Source: an uncultured Pseudomonadota bacterium | GTDB taxonomy: Bacteria; Pseudomonadota; Alphaproteobacteria; RF32; CAG-239 | DNA: 47,638 bases | Assembly (NCBI GenBank): GCA_949295475.1 | Contig: CASFLC010000082.1 | Location: 1 to 47,638, forward strand | Direction of reading: 5' to 3' | Shown here: positions 44,966 through 47,638 of the stretch, one piece after another | Numbering within the stretch: position 1 is the first letter of the stretch | How the letters are laid out: every line of letters begins with the position of its first letter | The notes under the pieces: model-generated | Told to the model about the DNA's origin: nothing | What the model saw: only the letters and a program-made list of their open reading frames with translations | The model's database searches: none | Program-made: the position numbers and the translations under genes

Positions 44966-45415
44966 TTAATCGTCAAATCCGTGCCGGTCTTTATGATGCG
45001 GCGGCGGAGGAGGCATATCGTCAGGACCGCCTCTCCGATCCCAGTGCGGTCCTTTGCGGCGATGAGGCGGACGCGGACGGTCTTTCTTCATCTGCTCGAA
45101 CTTATCTTTCTGTTCCGGCGTTAAGAGTTGTTCAAAGGCCTCCATATTTTCCTTGCGCAATTCATCCATTTTGGTACGCAGTTCCTTCATCTGTTCAAAC
45201 AAAGGTTTCATTTTCTCCCGACTGTCCGTTCTCAGTTTTTCGGCCTGAGCTTTTTGTTCGTCGCTCAAACCCAAATCATCGGCCAGACGCTGCTCCGGCG
45301 GTGCAATTCTTTCTTTTTGCGGCGGCGGCATATCTTCCGGCTTCTCCGCAGCCTGAACTGTCCATGCTGTCAGCATAAATACCGATGCACATAATAAAAT
45401 CAATGTCTTTTTCAT
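44966..45415 (-). CDS. Periplasmic LTXXQ-motif (Spy/CpxP/ZraP-like) protein with a Pro/His-rich tail
   Basis: Signal peptide, LSDEQKAQ and LTPEQKDKF motifs, and a C-terminal tail RPRPPHRRKGPHWDRRGGPDDMPPPPPHHKDRHGFDD. Confidence 0.75.
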   Translation of the reverse strand: MKKTLILLCASVFMLTAWTVQAAEKPEDMPPPQKERIAPPEQRLADDLGLSDEQKAQAEKLRTDSREKMKPLFEQMKELRTKMDELRKENMEAFEQLLTPEQKDKFEQMKKDRPRPPHRRKGPHWDRRGGPDDMPPPPPHHKDRHGFDD

Positions 45416-45416
45416 T

Positions 45417-45911
45417 TTATTCTCCTTTTAGATTTTGCAGCTTTTCACTCAAAATTTTACGAGCGTTAAACAAACGGGACTTAATGGTTCCTTCTGGCAC
45501 CCCGATTTTGCGGGAAATCTGCTCATAAGACATGTCCTCAAACTCATAAAGTTCAATAACTTGCCTCAGTTTTCTGGGCAGTTCGTCTACAGCCTTCAAA
45601 ATCAGCTTTTGCCGCAGCTTGCTGTCCACAATTTGTTCCTGTTCGCTCTCACAGGGCAGATTATCCAACACTTCTTCATCATTCAGCTGCAGCGTTTCGG
45701 CCTTAAATTGTCTGGACCGGAAATAATCCCGACAGACATTGGCTGTCAACGCGCTTATCCACTGCTTAAATTTACCTTCTTCATGATAATTTTCAAGATT
45801 ACGCCAGGTTTTGATATACACTTCCTGCTCAATATCTTCATTATCGCTTCCGGTCAGCCTGCGGATAATAGCCCTGATACGCTGCCTGTTTTCCAAAATT
45901 ATCTGTTTCAT
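45417..45911 (-). CDS. ECF-subfamily RNA polymerase sigma-70 factor
   Basis: Region 2 (DIEQEVYIKTWRNL...FKQWISALTANVCRDYFR) and region 4 HTH (SYEQISRKIGVPEGTIKSRLFNARK). Confidence 0.9.
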   Translation of the reverse strand: MKQIILENRQRIRAIIRRLTGSDNEDIEQEVYIKTWRNLENYHEEGKFKQWISALTANVCRDYFRSRQFKAETLQLNDEEVLDNLPCESEQEQIVDSKLRQKLILKAVDELPRKLRQVIELYEFEDMSYEQISRKIGVPEGTIKSRLFNARKILSEKLQNLKGE

Positions 45912-46178
45912 TTACACAACCATTAAAAAGCCCATGTCATCTGTCGGCAGTCCCATCTGTTCAATCACCGAGGTATTGTCGGCAACTGTTGAATCCGTCA
46001 AAGCAAAGGCATCATACCAATTATAGGCAGGCACCGGTTCGCTCCTCGGATAAAAAGACTGCAGCATCACCGCGCAGACCAGCATGGCCAGAGCAGCTTT
46101 AATTCTCCGGCGGCGGGTTTTGCGGGCAAAATACAGAGGTTTGGCCTCTTTTAACAGTTCTGAAATATCGTCCCTCAT
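45912..46178 (-). CDS. Small single-pass membrane protein, first gene of the ECF operon (possible non-canonical anti-sigma)
   Basis: 88 aa. It has a charged N-terminus, an RRRR stop-transfer and a TM helix (AALAMLVCAVMLQSF). AAGGAG lies about 9 nt upstream, and its stop abuts the sigma ATG. Confidence 0.55.
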   Translation of the reverse strand: MRDDISELLKEAKPLYFARKTRRRRIKAALAMLVCAVMLQSFYPRSEPVPAYNWYDAFALTDSTVADNTSVIEQMGLPTDDMGFLMVV

Positions 46179-46204
46179 TATTTTTCACTCCTTACAATCA
46201 GTAA

Positions 46205-46229
46205 AACGAAAACGCTCTGCCGAAAGTTC
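46205..46229 (-). promoter_or_regulatory. Candidate ECF-type promoter (GAAC-N17-CGT)
   Basis: The minus strand reads TGAACTTTCGGCAGAGCGTTTTCGTTTT, about 25 nt upstream of the operon's first ATG. Confidence 0.35.
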
Positions 46230-46246
46230 AATTTTTTTCAGAAAAA

Positions 46247-47638
46247 TTAAAAGCCGCCGTTTTTGTACAAATTTCCTTTGCGGCAGGAACCGACATCCTG
46301 CCTGAGACAAGCTTTTTGCCAAATATGCGCCGCCTGCTCCGGCGTATATTTTTTATAAAGAATATCCACACGATAAAAATCCGCAGAAACCTCGGCCGCT
46401 TCTGCTGCCGCACAAAAGGGTTCCCGGCCAAACAGCATCGTAAAGCAATCCCGGGACAAAACGTCGTAAACTCTGCTTCCCTGCTTCAATTCCAGCCACT
46501 TTTCGCCGCGCGGACAATCCCTACAGGCATTGGAGCGAATACAAACCGCACTGCGAAACAACGGCACGTCTTCATAAACCGGCAAAACCACGGGCAGCGG
46601 AGATTTCTGCGCCAGCTTCTGCCAGTTGGACAAACCGTCTTCCACGGACAACGTCACCCGGGAGGCCCCGAGTTCGGCTGCCGTTTGTGCTGCCTGAGTA
46701 TTAAAGACATACAGGGGATAATCAAAGCTCAAGTCGATTCCCTTTTCCGGCAAAACGGACAATCCCCAATAATTGGCTATTTCCCATTTGCGATACCCCT
46801 GAGCCAGCAGACGATTGATGAGCTTTTCCCAAACTTCCGCTTTACGGCTGACCGCCGGCAAAGCCAGCCGAAGTTTGTGATGCGGCAGCCCCTTTAAACG
46901 CTTCTCGTCAAAATTCTCGTCTAAAAGGACAATAATTTCCTCGCAGTCTTCAAAATTTATCAGCGTCATACTTTCCGGGCGATCGGTTTTTAACAGCATT
47001 TTTCCGCCGCCGTGCATTCTGTGCTCAGTTTCCGGCAAACAGCGCGAAACATTACCGTCGCCGGATGCCGCATATAACTCCCGCCGCAAATGATTAAGAA
47101 CCGAAACCGGCACAAAAAGGCCGTCCGGATTAGAAACCTCAATTCGTCCCGGTTTTTTATCCGTATTGCCGCATTTTTCAAAAGCCGTCCGCACGGCCGT
47201 TTCAACTTTTTGAGGATTTTCCGCCGCGGTAAAACTGCCCTGAACAGATACTTTGATGCCGTCCCCCTGCGCCGTGACGGCACTGGCGCCGATATCAACC
47301 TTAATGTCAACCGTCCGGCGCTGTTTAAAAGCCCCGGGTTTTGGGCGTTCATAACGATATTCGCCTTTGACAGCACCGGAAGAAGCCAGATAGACCATCT
47401 GCCCTTTCTGTAAGGCCGGCATTTGCGGAGGAAGCTTGATTTCCGCCGTTTCTCCCGCGCGAACTTCAAAAACGTTCCGCCCGTTGGCTCTTAGAATCTG
47501 CGCCGAAAAACCAAACGGTTTTTCCTGCCCGGCAATATCCAACTGAATACCGTCATAACGTGCAACGGCATGTCCGGTCTTAAAACGCAGCCAACCTTTG
47601 TCGGTGCTTTCGACTTTTCCGATAACCAACCCGCGGTG
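46247..47638 (-). CDS. U32-family peptidase-like protein, C-terminal ~460 aa; the 5' end lies beyond the right edge
   Basis: The frame stays open to the window end (HRGLVIGKVE...). It has a beta-barrel segment, a second U32-like barrel (ASRVTLSVED) and a Cys-rich C-terminus. The track 'M' is a TTG inside the gene. Confidence 0.7.
   Translation of the reverse strand, partial: HRGLVIGKVESTDKGWLRFKTGHAVARYDGIQLDIAGQEKPFGFSAQILRANGRNVFEVRAGETAEIKLPPQMPALQKGQMVYLASSGAVKGEYRYERPKPGAFKQRRTVDIKVDIGASAVTAQGDGIKVSVQGSFTAAENPQKVETAVRTAFEKCGNTDKKPGRIEVSNPDGLFVPVSVLNHLRRELYAASGDGNVSRCLPETEHRMHGGGKMLLKTDRPESMTLINFEDCEEIIVLLDENFDEKRLKGLPHHKLRLALPAVSRKAEVWEKLINRLLAQGYRKWEIANYWGLSVLPEKGIDLSFDYPLYVFNTQAAQTAAELGASRVTLSVEDGLSNWQKLAQKSPLPVVLPVYEDVPLFRSAVCIRSNACRDCPRGEKWLELKQGSRVYDVLSRDCFTMLFGREPFCAAAEAAEVSADFYRVDILYKKYTPEQAAHIWQKACLRQDVGSCRKGNLYKNGGF

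Noticed and set aside
1-47638. CRISPR arrays, IS elements/transposases, prophage genes and rRNA
   Set aside because: I saw no spaced short direct-repeat array, no DDE or serine/tyrosine recombinase-like ORF and no phage structural genes on either strand. The only sizeable repeat is the inverted paralog segment reported above.

Overview
This 47.6-kb window looks like a gene-dense chromosomal segment from an anaerobic or host-associated alphaproteobacterium. That placement is an inference from the long alphaproteobacterial-type ribosomal protein S4, the mlaD-DUF2155 synteny, and the presence of Rnf, QueH and U32-type genes. I saw no transposase, integrase, phage gene, rRNA or CRISPR array.

Gene content from left to right:
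- Two tandem MCE/MlaD genes plus a DUF2155 fragment.
- A GldA/F/G-like ABC system with DUF4340 and an orphan PAS histidine kinase.
- tRNA-Lys(CUU), followed by a small AT-rich GNAT cassette.
- A CDP-alcohol phosphatidyltransferase translationally coupled to a DsbD-like reductase.
- apbE, rseC and rnfBCDGEA.
- A family-5-like uracil-DNA glycosylase, an outer-membrane beta-barrel protein, a TPR-methyltransferase and rpsD.
- A large polytopic membrane protein followed in frame by a Lys/Glu-rich tail.
- yejEF without yejAB, an HD hydrolase, DUF4236 and a proline iminopeptidase.
- A ~9-kb glycan-modification locus (30.1-39.2 kb), then queH.
- A regulator-rich stretch: XRE, a LysR, a short LysR-like protein, an internally duplicated GNAT, cobB and a TIM-barrel protein.
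- A three-gene ECF sigma/LTXXQ operon and a truncated U32-family gene.

The most unusual structure is in the glycan locus. Two outward-facing paralogs of an unrecognised family carry a ~360-nt near-identical inverted repeat. The repeat arms bracket a 3.1-kb segment that holds both 5' gene ends and the divergent promoter region, so this is a candidate invertible or gene-converting glycan switch.

All coordinates for hand-located small features (promoters, terminators, alternative starts) are read by eye and may be off by 1-2 nt.
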